A stretch of 60,876 nt of DNA, the filler included, from Hausera hauseri (taxonomy: Eukaryota), in NCBI GenBank assembly GCA_046269625.1. It is 12 parts of 12 records of this genome, joined end to end, with 100 filler letters (N's around TTAATTAATTAA, not from the genome) between each part and the next. Parts side by side here need not be neighbours in the genome. Positions count along the whole stretch, not along the records: positions 1 to 5,825 come from JBJURY010182750.1; positions 5,926 to 11,069 come from JBJURY010322828.1; 10 more parts are not named here. One strand, 5' to 3'. Positions 1 to 11,169 of this stretch are shown one piece after another (the stretch's first letter is position 1; the number at the start of each line of letters is the position of its first letter). The translations under genes were made by a program, and so were the position numbers. The notes under the pieces were generated by a model that was not told the DNA's origin, ran no database searches, and saw only the letters and a program-made list of their open reading frames with translations.

Positions 1-304
1 ATGGTGTGGAACTCATTGACTCTGAACAGAAAGTTGTGTGGCTAATCATGCTATAGTTTGTTTGTAATTCAAGAGTGTGAGATAACTGGACCACGTCATT
101 AGTTTCTGTGGCCATCATCAAGTTCAGGAATTCTTGCGAGTGCAAGGTATCTCGAAAAACTATGCCATGGACAAGGGATAAAGTAAAACAATGATTGAAT
201 AGCATAACCGAAAGTTATTATTTGAGGATTAAAGAAGTATTTTGCAGAAATTATTTAGGATTCCAAAGGTGGTAGCAGTCCTGTTAGAATAATAGCCATA
301 TACG

Positions 305-1195
305 TTACCAAAGGACGCCTTCACAGGATAAAATTTGTAGGACAAATATTCGCGACAACCAAAGAAGGGCAGAATCATAAATAGAGAAAAGGTAATACTG
401 CCAACAAGGACCAAAATAAAATGTTGAATACCATACCTTTGAATAATCCGAATTTCCCCACGATGTCATGTTTATCAAATCACTCACAAAATCTAGTAAA
501 GAAAAACTGAATACTCCACTAAATAGTTTACTATTCGACGGGTTATAATTAAACATAATTTTCATGTGACCTTTTGTTACAATGAAATTCCTAACTTTTA
601 CGGAATAGTTAAATAAGTTTATAATCTGTTCCGTCGGCATTCGGTTATTACCAACGATAGATTGAAATTTGGGTGGGAAACCACATAGCAGAAGTAGCTT
701 TTCTCTTTCAACTTGATTTTGGCAAATAACAAAATTTAGACACAATGTAAAAGGGGTACTGTAATCATTACTCGGTTTGTTTTCGACGAATCTTAGGGAT
801 CGGAATATGGTTTTAAAAAATGATTTAAGAAAGGTCGTGAACACGTAGTTGGATATCTTACATTGGATGGTATGAGTTAAGCGCTTATATAAATATATAG
901 TGAATCCAAAACTACGGTTGCGTCTATGTAAATAAGATTGAGATATTTCACTACTTACAAAACCGCGGGAAGGCGATGTTGTGACAGCACAATAATGAGC
1001 AAGGTAGTAGGTGAAAGGTGGGTAAAAAATATCATGAATAAAAAATGTAGAAAAATATTTGCCGAGCGTATATACAATGATTAATCCTACCTTGTCGTGT
1101 GTCAGTTTTGCGAAAGGACACCACGTAGAGATATCCATGTAGAGTGTAAATGGCCGTAGTTTCTCCAATTGTAATTCAGCTGCTATGTTTTGCAA
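305..1195 (-). CDS. Hypothetical 296-aa ORF, possibly the unrecognised C-terminal continuation of the DFCP1-like pseudogene
   Basis: Long open frame in AT-rich DNA on the same strand as the upstream DFCP1-like ORFs; no motif recognised and no FYVE R(R/K)HHCR motif. Confidence 0.3.
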   Translation of the reverse strand: MQNIAAELQLEKLRPFTLYMDISTWCPFAKLTHDKVGLIIVYTLGKYFSTFFIHDIFYPPFTYYLAHYCAVTTSPSRGFVSSEISQSYLHRRNRSFGFTIYLYKRLTHTIQCKISNYVFTTFLKSFFKTIFRSLRFVENKPSNDYSTPFTLCLNFVICQNQVEREKLLLLCGFPPKFQSIVGNNRMPTEQIINLFNYSVKVRNFIVTKGHMKIMFNYNPSNSKLFSGVFSFSLLDFVSDLINMTSWGNSDYSKVWYSTFYFGPCWQYYLFSIYDSALLWLSRIFVLQILSCEGVLW

Positions 1196-1569
1196 ACGTC
1201 GTGCTGTGTACCCGTTTTCCTTTTTCGTGTACTTTTGACCAGAACAAGCTCTACGGTAAGACGTTGGAACTCATCAAATTTCAATATTGTCTCGCCGTTT
1301 CACTAATAGATCTTTCTTGACGGTAAATAGTTCCTTTGATTCTCCGATAAACGAAATATCTGTTGTATTATCCGTAAGGTGTTTTTCGCAGTATAAATAT
1401 GATTCAACTGATGGAGCCGAATATTTGGAAAGCGTGCAAATTTTTTCTGTACAACAGACAATCGTCAGTGGCCTATAAACTTCTTCCCGACCATAACAAA
1501 ATCCCGATTGTTTCATAATCACGTCCAATAAATTTTGTAGTCCGGGTACAACTTCATCCAGGTTCTTCT

Positions 1570-2850
1570 TCAATTTTCGATTTTTTTACAAGGGTTTACA
1601 TTATAACCATCGATTAACTTTACACGAATGGGCGAGAATGATATCGGTATCGAATCAGATTTGTTGTATTTGATCTTTGGGCCAAATCGATTGAATAATG
1701 GCTGTTTATTCTGGCAGCAGCTGTATATCCTTAGGCCAGCAATCCGCGGAGCACGAATATTTAATTGATCAGTTTTTTCTTTTATCTGTCTATTGAACTT
1801 CTTATGATCAACGAGTTCCCCATTACCATCCTCCATTGGTTTACAACCAACATAAAATACATTAGAAAATCCGAACGGCTGATCAGGTTTAGCCTCACGA
1901 ATTGCGCCTAAAATGAACTTTTCGTTTAGTGTAAAATCTGTGTATTCAGCGGTATGAAAGAGCAAAAATGAGGAATTTAATATTTCCGCTTTACACTTAT
2001 ACTTATTAGCTTTCACTTCCAGTAGGACTTTAAAATATTTGTCAAATGCATATCGAGCGTAGGTAATAAGTTCGAATGTTTTATAATTCAAGCAGCTATC
2101 TCTAGTGCCTTACAGTACCAAATTGGGCAATGCAGTTATTTTCATAAGTAAACGCTTTTGAACATCGGGAGTTTTTGACTCGCCTTGTAAACCTTTAGTG
2201 TCAATAAGCATGTAGCATAGATTTCTGTCTTTCTCTCTCGTGACAGTCGTCCAAACTCCGATTGTGCGTCGATTCTGACTTGAATCAGTTACAAACACAT
2301 GATGTCCATTGAAAAACATGTAGTTCAATAGATGGGATTTACCATCTCCGGTACGTCCTATCACAGATATGACGTTGAGAATATCATTAGGTTTAACTTT
2401 CAATGATTGCGCCAAGTTGCCAGCTGATGTAAAATTAAAATGTTCATCTTCAATGAACAACTGTTGTGGGCTTGAATTAGATGAAAGATTAATTGTATTG
2501 TAACAGTCGTTATCGTCATCATCATTGTCTGCGTCCAATGCATTTAAGAAAATCTTCCCCGATTTAAAAAGTTTGTTATCGAATTCTTTGAAACCATTTA
2601 TACAGTATCTTCTATTACAAAAGGTACAAAATGCATCAGCGAGATTTGTCGATTTGCTTCGACAGTTAAATTCACAAACTTCTGAATCTTTTAAAGTTTT
2701 CAATTTTTTGTATTTGTGATTTGCATGAATCTTCAAACGATCTTGACAGAAGTAACATTTACGCTTATCGGTACAGATATATGATGCAATTCCATTGAAA
2801 TAGAGGTATTTGCTTTGACATGGGAATTTTGTAGGTCTTGCCGATCGTGG
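1570..2850 (-). pseudogene. ZFYVE1: ZFYVE1/DFCP1-like N-terminal Cys/His region plus P-loop NTPase domain, interrupted by a premature stop
   Basis: VISVIGRTGDGKSHLLNYMFFNG..VF..S....TIGVW and LIDTKGLQG..KRLLMKITALPNLVL, then after TAA at 2110 FELITYARYAFDKYF, FSNVFYVG, NIRAPR. Collinear with DFCP1 (SIFGNTGDGKSHTLNHTFF, VIDTEGLLG, RLLLKVLAISDLVI, FSSIHYKG, TRSPR). Confidence 0.8.
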
Positions 2851-2984
2851 TATAAAGCATGATGCCAAAAATATTAAGAATTCTTTCATTTCACATTCAG
2901 CGATAGTTATTGTACCTTTTAGAAATCTCGTCTGATTAAGTTTTAGATAACAAATCTGCATCAGCTGTACTCGGGAATATATAG

Positions 2985-4403
2985 CCACCACACCGAATTG
3001 TTGCGTTAAACCGCCACCATAAGCCATTGTTCTATTGACGGTATTCGTGATCAACTTTGAAATTTTCAGATCTAATAAACCCCATGAGAAATCTGGGGAA
3101 TTTTTGAACTCAATATTTCCCTTCTTTGTTATATCTGAATGAACATTTGCCTCTAACTGCATACTGAATTTGGTTTCTTTTCCTAATATCTTTTCCATAC
3201 TCGTATGCTCGTGAAATACTGAAAAAGTAACATCTGAACAAGGTGCTTCTTTATATGTGATTCTTAGTTTGCCTAATTTCGTTTTGGGCAATTTGTATTC
3301 AGTTCGAACTCTCTCAACAACAAATTCCAAATGTAAATTGCGCATTCCACCAATACCCATCGGATTAGGTTTTTCATCTTTATAAAAAATTAAACTCGGG
3401 TCTTCCTTTAGTAATTCTAAAAACGATTTCTCAAGCAACTCAATTTCCGAGAGTGAATAAGCCTTAATAGACGCAAAAACAACAAGTTGTGGAACGGGAA
3501 TTAAGTTAGAAACAATATCGTCAGATGATAATTGAGGCATATGTGTATCAATCAACACATCACCAATTACAGAATTTTTTAAGCCAGAGACGGCAACGAC
3601 ATTGCCAGAACAGGTTTCACAGATATCGGTAGAATGATCACTGGTCATTTGCATTATATTCTCCACCTTCTCATTTAGAGACCTCGTAATGTTCGTCACT
3701 TTCACATACGTTTTCAGTGTACCCGAATATAGTCGTAAAAGCGTTAATGGTCTGTGAAATTTATCATGAATAACTATAAACACCAAAGCACTTAAATAAT
3801 CAGGATGCGATACGATATTTTCAAATTGGTATGGAACTTTCGTTTCCATCGGTTCGGGGAGATAATCGACGATGGCATCTAACATGTTTGTAACTCCAAT
3901 GTTCATTCTGGTGCTACCAATCAAAACTGGCGATGCTTTACAAGATATAACAACCGTTCGTAATGCTTCGCGGATAAGTCTTTGGGAAATGAACAAAGCT
4001 GGATTATCCTGAAGTAGAAATTCGATTCGAATAGGACCGTCATCTAAATCTGCAAGCAGTCCAATCAATGTCAAATGAACCTCTAATGAAGGATTAAAAA
4101 GCGGATCTGTCTCATTTTGATTGCGAAAATAACTCTCTGTTAAGACACTTTTTGATGTTTGTTTGGGAAGATCCCAAAACTGCAAGTGAAAGTCCATAAC
4201 ATTGATAATTCCATTAAAAACTCCTGTTTTCTCACAAAATGTTTAAGATGAATAGGTAGAGGAATGATATTTGGTAATTTCTTCGAAACTGATAATAGAC
4301 TACTTTTGAAATCAGCCATCTTTCTGTCTAATTTGTTGGTGTAAAATATATTTGGCATTTTGTGCTTCTGACACCAAAATGTGGTTCTTCTTGTAAATAG
4401 CAA
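2985..4403 (-). pseudogene. GFM2: Mitochondrial EF-G2 / ribosome-releasing factor 2 fragment (late G domain to start of domain IV), frameshifted near 4190
   Basis: NKLDR (G4), LADLDD, PVLIGS..NIGV..MLDAIVDYLPEP, LSALVFIVIHDK..LRLYSGTLK, LLKEDPSL, GMRNLHLEFVVERVRTEY..LGKLRITYKE match EF-G/GFM2. G1-G3 motifs and domain V are absent. Confidence 0.85.
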
Positions 4404-4959
4404 AACACGGTAATTCAGTATCTATTTTATTGTTTAAAACCTTTTAATAATTAACTCATCAATTATAAAAAAATCATTAGTTAATTTTTTGTACATATTT
4501 ACAACTTAGATTATTTACAGTTTAAGGCTGTGTTAGATTCAGTACTGGATAAATATTTTCTTTTTTTTGGAAAAGTCATTTCATTTTGGCACTTGAAGTT
4601 TGATGTATATTTTTATTTTGACGGAACATCATATTGAGTCTTGACCAAAAAATATTTAAATTCCGATTGTTGTGGCCCTGCCTAAATAGTTCAGACACAA
4701 CGAGACAATAGCACCAAAACACTGCATACTCGATCGGCAAACAACAAAAAAGAAATGAAAAATACAAAATGGTTAATACAAAAGAAAATATGGTTAAATA
4801 AGGAAACCTCGTTGGGCACAACACATGACGTTAAGCATCTCCAGGTACGCTACATATTCTAAAACAAATACAATCACGAAAATATTACAAAAAACTGATA
4901 ATTGGTTTTTTTCAAAGATTGTTGAGCTTCCCATGCCATCAAAGTTCTCGAACTAGTGT

Positions 4960-5530
4960 TCAAGCACAGAAATCCGAGTCTTAAAGAGATCAACAATTGA
5001 ATTACAATGGTGCAGCGAACCACACACAATGGTAGCTGAATGGTACAATAGTGACGAGTTTTTGAGAAACACAAAAATTGTATTCGGACAGAAATTCGCT
5101 TTGGTCAGTCAGAAGTACAGAAGCTTGCTGATTCACAGAGTAGATAATTCTGACGAAGGATTCTATTTCAATAAACTCTCATATCACGTAAATAAAGATC
5201 ACAATGCACTTGACTTTCGAGTTATTGTGAGATTTTGAGTTCGAGTTTGGCCAAATGAAGTACGGGTACCGGTTAATAATTTCTCGATATTGAGATGTGA
5301 AGTTTCCGGTTATCCGGCTCCAAATGTGTATTGGGTATTTAACGTACAGTGAATACGAGAGAATTCTGATGATTATAAAATTGCCATCAAGAATGAATCA
5401 CAATCAACAAAATACCGTCGTTAGAAATCTCCATGGTAAAAAAACGAACGGCAGAAATCCATCAATGTTTTGTCGACTGACTGAAAAGCGATTATTTTGG
5501 CAATGCTCCAGATTCAGTACATTTGTTTAT
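4960..5530 (+). pseudogene. Degraded tandem I-set immunoglobulin domains
   Basis: IRVLKRSTIELQW...EWY...SLLIHRVDNSDEGFY, followed at about 5251-5345 by PNEVRVPVNNFSILRCEVSGYPAPNVYWVFN (classic LxCxxxGxPxPxVxW); in-frame stops present. Confidence 0.7.
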
Positions 5531-5825
5531 CGGTAAAATTCCCCAGTTTCAATAAGTCAGAATCCAGTACTTTTGCCTGGCAGCAATTATGGCACGATTA
5601 CTCTAACCACTACAAAAGGCAATGCCAATGTTCTGCGTACTTTTGAATCATATGCAAGATCTAAAATACAGTGATATCTTGATGCTAAATATTCAAATCG
5701 ACGACGTGACGCTTGAAAGTGTTGACATTGAAGAGGCTGACCCGAGTCATCAGAACTAACTAACATTTTCATACATGTACATAGATATATATCTATATAG
5801 TTCAGCGTTTTTTGTTTGTTTGAAA

Positions 5826-5925
5826 NNNNNNNNNNNNNNNNNNNNNNNNNNNNNNNNNNNNNNNNNNNNTTAATTAATTAANNNNNNNNNNNNNNNNNNN
5901 NNNNNNNNNNNNNNNNNNNNNNNNN
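5826..5925. other. Artificial contig spacer N44-TTAATTAATTAA-N44 (also at 11070-11169, 15117-15216, 22485-22584, 26763-26862, 31351-31450, 37097-37196, 42559-42658, 46809-46908, 51246-51345, 55553-55652)
   Basis: Identical 100-bp N-flanked linker with stop codons in all six frames, found 11 times. Confidence 0.98.
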
Positions 5926-6851
5926 AATTTTCGTTTATGTATTCCATTAGTCATTCGCGCCTGTCGTTTTAATTTCGGTTTTTCTACTGATTGTTGTTGT
6001 TGTTGGACAGGTTCTATTTTCGGTTCCACCAGAGAGTTGACATTAGAATTGTTGTCACCAAGCACTTGTGACAAATCACAAGTCTCACCACCACAACCAC
6101 CACCATTGAGTATTATCGCTCTATCTTCGTCTGACATGCGTTTGCCACCAATAATTCTCCCTCGCCGTTTTAATATCGGTTTTACTGCTACTAATTGTTG
6201 GACAGGTTTCGGTTCCAGACAGTTGACATTGTCCTTCTTGTCACTAAACAGCCATGACCAATCTGTACTTTCGTCATTGTTGTTGTTGAGCAGAATTGTA
6301 TTATCGTCGTTTTCCATTATCGTATTAATGTCTGAATGCAAATCAGAATGATATTTATAGTTCATTGGACAGAGTACAGTACTTTGATTCAGTAAAACAC
6401 TTATGTGGTGTTTAATTTGATTAATAATCGACTCGTAGTTGATTGACCGAATCCCCAATACGACAATTTTTCCACTGCTAAACACATTGACACACAGCGG
6501 ACGGAATAGTGTTAGTCGCAGTGCAGGAAACAGTTCGGGCTCATAAATACATTCGGTAGCCATTGATAATTTGTGTAGATTAATTGATGGTGGTGGTGGT
6601 GGTGGTGAGCAATCTAACTGAGCCGTTACCGTTATTGATTGAATTTGGTCAATGACAATTCCGAATGGTAGATGTCTGTCATTTGTGATTGGTTTGCGAC
6701 AACCCATAATACGACACTTTTCCGATGGAAATATGATGCTTGTAATATTCGGTTGACATTTGTGGACATAATTCCTCGGCTTCCAATGATTAAACGGCAG
6801 TGCATTAATACACTCGGTAACATGTCCGCGGTAGTTGATATGGGCTATCAT
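5926..6851 (-). CDS. Compact TATA-binding protein-like ORF (first ~155 aa) with a low-complexity, internally repeated C-terminal extension; runs off the contig
   Basis: Two TBP repeats: IIFPSEKCRIMG and IQSITVT..INLHKL..YEPELFPALRL..VNVFSSGKIVVLG (cf. YEPELFPGLIYR..LIFVSGKVVLTG). Confidence 0.8.
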
Positions 6852-6940
6852 GATTGATTGATTAATTGAAACAGTGTTTATGCTGCGCCTATTTATGTGT
6901 GATTATAAACAAAATGTATGATAAATGCATCAACAACAAC

Positions 6941-7600
6941 ATGAAGCTACAGAATAATGCCATTTTCCAGATTGTAGGCCCCAGTGGAAGTGGCAAAACG
7001 CACTTTGTTTGCAAATTGCTGCAGAACTACCGTGACATATTCCAATCGCCGCTGTTCAATCACATTTACTGGCATCTGGGCAGTGGTCATGATGGAGAGT
7101 CTAGCCTGACTCTACGGGAATTTTGTAAATAAAAACCCGTAACGATAATAGATGGGTTTGATGATAACTGGACCAGACGATTACGCTACCGTGACGTTAT
7201 TGTCATTGACGATTTATTTCAAGAGGCAACGAAACAATCGGATTTCATCAACCTGTTCACGAAGATTGCACGGCACCGTGGCGTAACGGTAATTTTCATT
7301 ACACAAAACATGTTCCATCAGGGCAGCCAGCACCGAAAACGAAATCTCAACGTACACTATTTGGTGTTGTTCAAAAACCCCCGTGATCAAACCGCGAAAT
7401 ATTACGTTGCGCGAAGGCATTTCCTCACAACCGAGCCTACTTGATAGATGCATATCATGATGCTACGATCGAGTCACCGGGATACTTTTTCACCGACTTT
7501 ACGCAACAGTGTCCCGATAATATACGTGTACGAACAGATATTTTCAATCAGAAAGATGTATGTGTCTATAAACAAATTCGAAAATCGACATTATTATGAT
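6941..7600 (+). pseudogene. A32-like FtsK/HerA genome-packaging ATPase
   Basis: Walker A IVGPSGSGKT; after a premature TAA at 7130, Walker B VIVIDDL, LFTKIARHRGVTVIFITQN and LNVHYLVLFKNPRD. Confidence 0.9.
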
Positions 7601-7811
7601 AAAAAGTGAAGAATTTCCGAGAAACGATTGTTAAACGTAAACCTACCAAGCGAGTTCCCGGCAAGAAACGTGTATCAAAACGAACTGCTACAGTCAAGCG
7701 ATTAATCAATTATATGCTTCGAGCAGCAGCAGCAGCAACTAGACGCAAATTACCGTCACAGTGGCAACGGTTATAAACAACTACGTTTCATCAGCATCAA
7801 TACGTCCAAAA

Positions 7812-8132
7812 ATGCGATTCAAACGTAGTCATCTGTACTTTATTGCTTTGCTCAAGGCACCTTCGAGACATAAGCGAAACATGCTGCGATCATTTCTACA
7901 ATTTATAGTAGACGATTTAATGAAAGTTTTATACAATATCGCTGTGGATCAAGTTGACCATTGGTAATGGAAAGCGGAATTTACTAAAGTATCAAAAATG
8001 ACTCATGGGCCTTGCCAATGCCCGTAGTAAACGATTGAAATGAGAGGTCATGTACCAGCAAGATGGTGGATTCCTTGGTGCAATTCTACCGATTGTCACG
8101 TCATTACTGGGTGGAGAACAATATAAACAATG
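7812..8132 (+). pseudogene. Polinton conserved small basic protein with C-terminal pX/Mu-like motif
   Basis: ALLKAPSRHKRNML...VLYNI, ending in QQDGGFLGAILPIVTSLLGG (about 8057-8116), resembling the GGFLPAL adenain-cleavage/amphipathic motif; frameshifted. Confidence 0.7.
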
Positions 8133-8262
8133 ACTAAGTATATGATGATTCGGCGATATGGGTGCATGGTTTTCATCATTTTACCCAGTTTACCGAATCT
8201 TTTATTTACGTTTCGTTCTAATTGCTGTAATGCTAACAAAAACGGCATTATCGACAACAACG

Positions 8263-8639
8263 ATGGGCGACGTGTGGTTCGATCCGCGTCATCCCTTCGG
8301 GTATACTAGTGTCGACGAACTGGCAAAGACTCTCAAACAGACTCGGCGACAAACCCAACGTTGGCTGGAGCAACAGTTAGCATACAGCCTAAACAAACCG
8401 ATAAGAAGGCCGTTTCCAACTCGTGCATACCGTGGTGCAGGTGTAAACAATGTATGGCAAATGTATCTAATGAATATGATTCCGTACGCCAGCATCAACG
8501 GTGGGTATCGGTACGTGCTGACATATATCGTATTCAGGAAATTCTACGTTCATGTGTCAAGGGTTCGAATAAACAATATCTCGTCAAGTGGCACGGATAC
8601 ACTGCACCGAGTTGGATTTTTGCATCACAAATTCAATGA
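8263..8639 (+). pseudogene. Polinton retroviral-like integrase: N-terminus joined directly to the C-terminal chromodomain (catalytic core deleted)
   Basis: WFDPRHPFGY..WLEQQLAYSLNKPIRRPFP..WQMYLMNM..NGGYRYVLTYI, then in another frame YRIQEILR..KQYLVKWHGY..SWI (chromodomain). Confidence 0.85.
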
Positions 8640-9694
8640 GAAGCAGCATTCACTCTGTCTTTGATAGTAACAGATCATTATCACAATATGATGACAATGA
8701 CAATAGCACTAAACAGTTTACCATGCACTTGGACCAACCGGTCGATTTACGCCAGGACGCCTGGGAAGTGGCTTTGACGGAATTCACATTTACATTTTCA
8801 CCAATGACAATACGTCAGAACAGTGGTATTTACTTTACTCGACAAGAAACGTACCCTATTTCAAGTCCTTTGCGGACAATCCGACAAAATATCTGATATA
8901 CTCTTCGCAATTATTCGCCAGAAAATTTCTCGATTTATGTTTATTTTCCAAACTATTGTATGAAACTAATGCATAGAAATCCCTTTGAAATGCAGTTTAA
9001 ATATGTAGCTGATGCTCAGGCATGGGGTTTTTAATCAATCAATGTACACTCAACGTCTACGGCTAGGTGGACATGTTATAATTGGTGAAAAATTGGACCT
9101 TTCTTCCGATGCGTAATCCGATATTATAGTAAAGTGGACTAGTCACAATCAGTCTCCCGCTCATATATTATATCACATGATTTATTAATGGAAACGGAAC
9201 TGGAATTGTGTTAATACGTCAGGAAAACGGCTACATTAACCGTAAAGACATGTGAAATAAACGCAGATGGTCATATTTCGATTATACGACATGATAGTGT
9301 TACATAATTTGCCTTTTGTGTATCATTTCCCGGAGTCTGGGTTTTTCAAAATGCGAATTCTATCAAAACATTTTGGTGGATCTATTGTTGCTAAATACAA
9401 ACCATAACTCTGGAGCATTTCATAGCATCAACATTTTAACGGACTTAACCCAATCCGTACTCGTTAGTGGAGAACGTAAACAACTACTGGATTTTATCGA
9501 ACTGGATTCTGACACGTTCAAAACATCGGGTGAAACTTTTCACGTTAATATGCTCAGACCCATGTACTTATCATTGTATCACTATTGTGCACAGTATTTC
9601 CGTGTATATGCTTGATGAATTTTGGGAACCCATTAAATTTCTTTTCGGGTCAACGATACATTGGACGTTACATTTTCGACTTCGTCGATTATAA
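8636..9694 (+). pseudogene. Penton-like minor capsid protein, copy 1
   Basis: N-terminal SNRSLSQY..N...FTMHLDQPVDL..WEVALTEF; C-terminal INILTDLTQSVLVSGERKQLL..PMYLSL..ISVYMLDEF.EPIKF..TLHFR, typical of the Polinton minor capsid. Confidence 0.75.
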
Positions 9695-9739
9695 ACAAAC
9701 TGCGTCATCACCATCATCATCATCATCATCATCGAGATC

Positions 9740-10780
9740 ATGAGTATTTACATGGTGTTGCCGAGCAACAGTCGTCTGAAAACTCGTTCGAACAATTCAG
9801 CCAGTGAAAACGTTGTAGATTGGAACAATTAGATTTATCTGGAAAATGGGAGGTTGCACTGACGGAATTTAACTTTCCCTAGGCACCGGTGACATTGAAA
9901 TGTAGAATGAAAATAACGCTCAATAAGACTGTTACTGAAACCAAAACACATTCTTGTCCTCTGACACTTGCTGACAATAAAATAACATTTGGAGAATCGG
10001 CAATTTGCACGACCGAAGCAAATTACGGTTCACACGGCAAAATAGGTATTTTTATTTTAGATCAAAACTTACATTTTATGACAGATTTTGAATTTACTGT
10101 TACCTTTCCGTCCTCTGAGACGGCGCAGAAATTTGGATTCAAAAGTACAGAGTACAAAGGTAAACATATTAAAAGTGAATATGTAGTTGGTCCAAGATTA
10201 AGTTCCGTATATTACCAGACAACGGTGAAATACAGCAGAAAGGGTATCAGCGTCATACATATCGATTGGTGATAATATCTATTTCGAATATTTAGCACAT
10301 CTCTGTCAACACTTCTTCAAATCAAAAGTACAAGGAGATATTTAAAGTTTTCGAGTCAGATACAAATGGGTACATTAAATTTGAACTGCCTAAGGGTCTT
10401 GTCGACATTTCATTGGACAAAGCTTTGCCCATGGTATTGGGTTTCGAAAAACAGTGGTTTGAGGCGTCGACGGCGGCGGTGGCACATGTTGCAACACTTA
10501 AACCAAAACTGAAAACTGGATTAAATCAAATATACATTTAGGTGCACGTCGCCGAACCGATTTTGCTTGGTGGACTACGTGTACCGGTACTCCGTGCAAT
10601 TTATCCGGAAAGCAGCAAGTATACTGCTTGCGACAATGTCACTATGGCATCTACATCTATAAAAAATGTTAAAGTGAATATCTGATGTGGCGCTGCTACC
10701 TTATTGAATTTCTGTACGGTACCACAACCAGTCTAATTCTTCATTTCCGTCGAATCCTACAACAACAACAACATGATTGA
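9740..10780 (+). pseudogene. Penton-like minor capsid protein, copy 2
   Basis: MSIYMVLPSNS...LDLSGKWEVALTEFNFP; C-terminal HVAEPILLGGLRVPVLRAI and IEFLYGTTTSLILHFRR. Confidence 0.75.
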
Positions 10781-10955
10781 TTCTGAAATCGTTTCCATTT
10801 ACAATAAACTGCAGCAGGGCGGTAAACTGCCGCATTTCGTTGGTAAACAGTATGGCTCTGGATGGTTGCGTACATTGGCACATTTAACATTTTCGGTGTT
10901 GAAGCATATTGGAGCCGTGGCAGCAAAAAACAGCACAGGACGTACTCTATGAAAA
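10774..10955 (+). pseudogene. Small Polinton protein with QQGG / QYGSG + amphipathic motif (pVI-like membrane-active candidate)
   Basis: MIDSEIVSIYNKLQQGGKLPHFVGKQYGSGWLRTLAHLTFSVLKHIG, matching the QxGxG-amphipathic-helix ORF usually found between minor and major capsid genes. Confidence 0.6.
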
Positions 10956-11169
10956 CAAATCGATTTTACCATCATTGAAGGTACATGCCTTGTGAGAAAT
11001 AAAAAGCGATGCACCGGGAGTTGTTGAATCAGTCAGAAAACAATTAGCTGTCAATGGCTTGATCAGAAANNNNNNNNNNNNNNNNNNNNNNNNNNNNNNN
11101 NNNNNNNNNNNNNTTAATTAATTAANNNNNNNNNNNNNNNNNNNNNNNNNNNNNNNNNNNNNNNNNNNN

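Larger units (their letters stand above)
5926..11069. mobile_element. Polinton/Maverick (adintovirus-like) morphogenesis module, decayed and partial
   Basis: Co-oriented A32-like ATPase, pX-like protein, integrase/chromodomain, two penton-like genes and a small Gly-motif protein; major capsid and protease are not within the contig. Confidence 0.88.
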
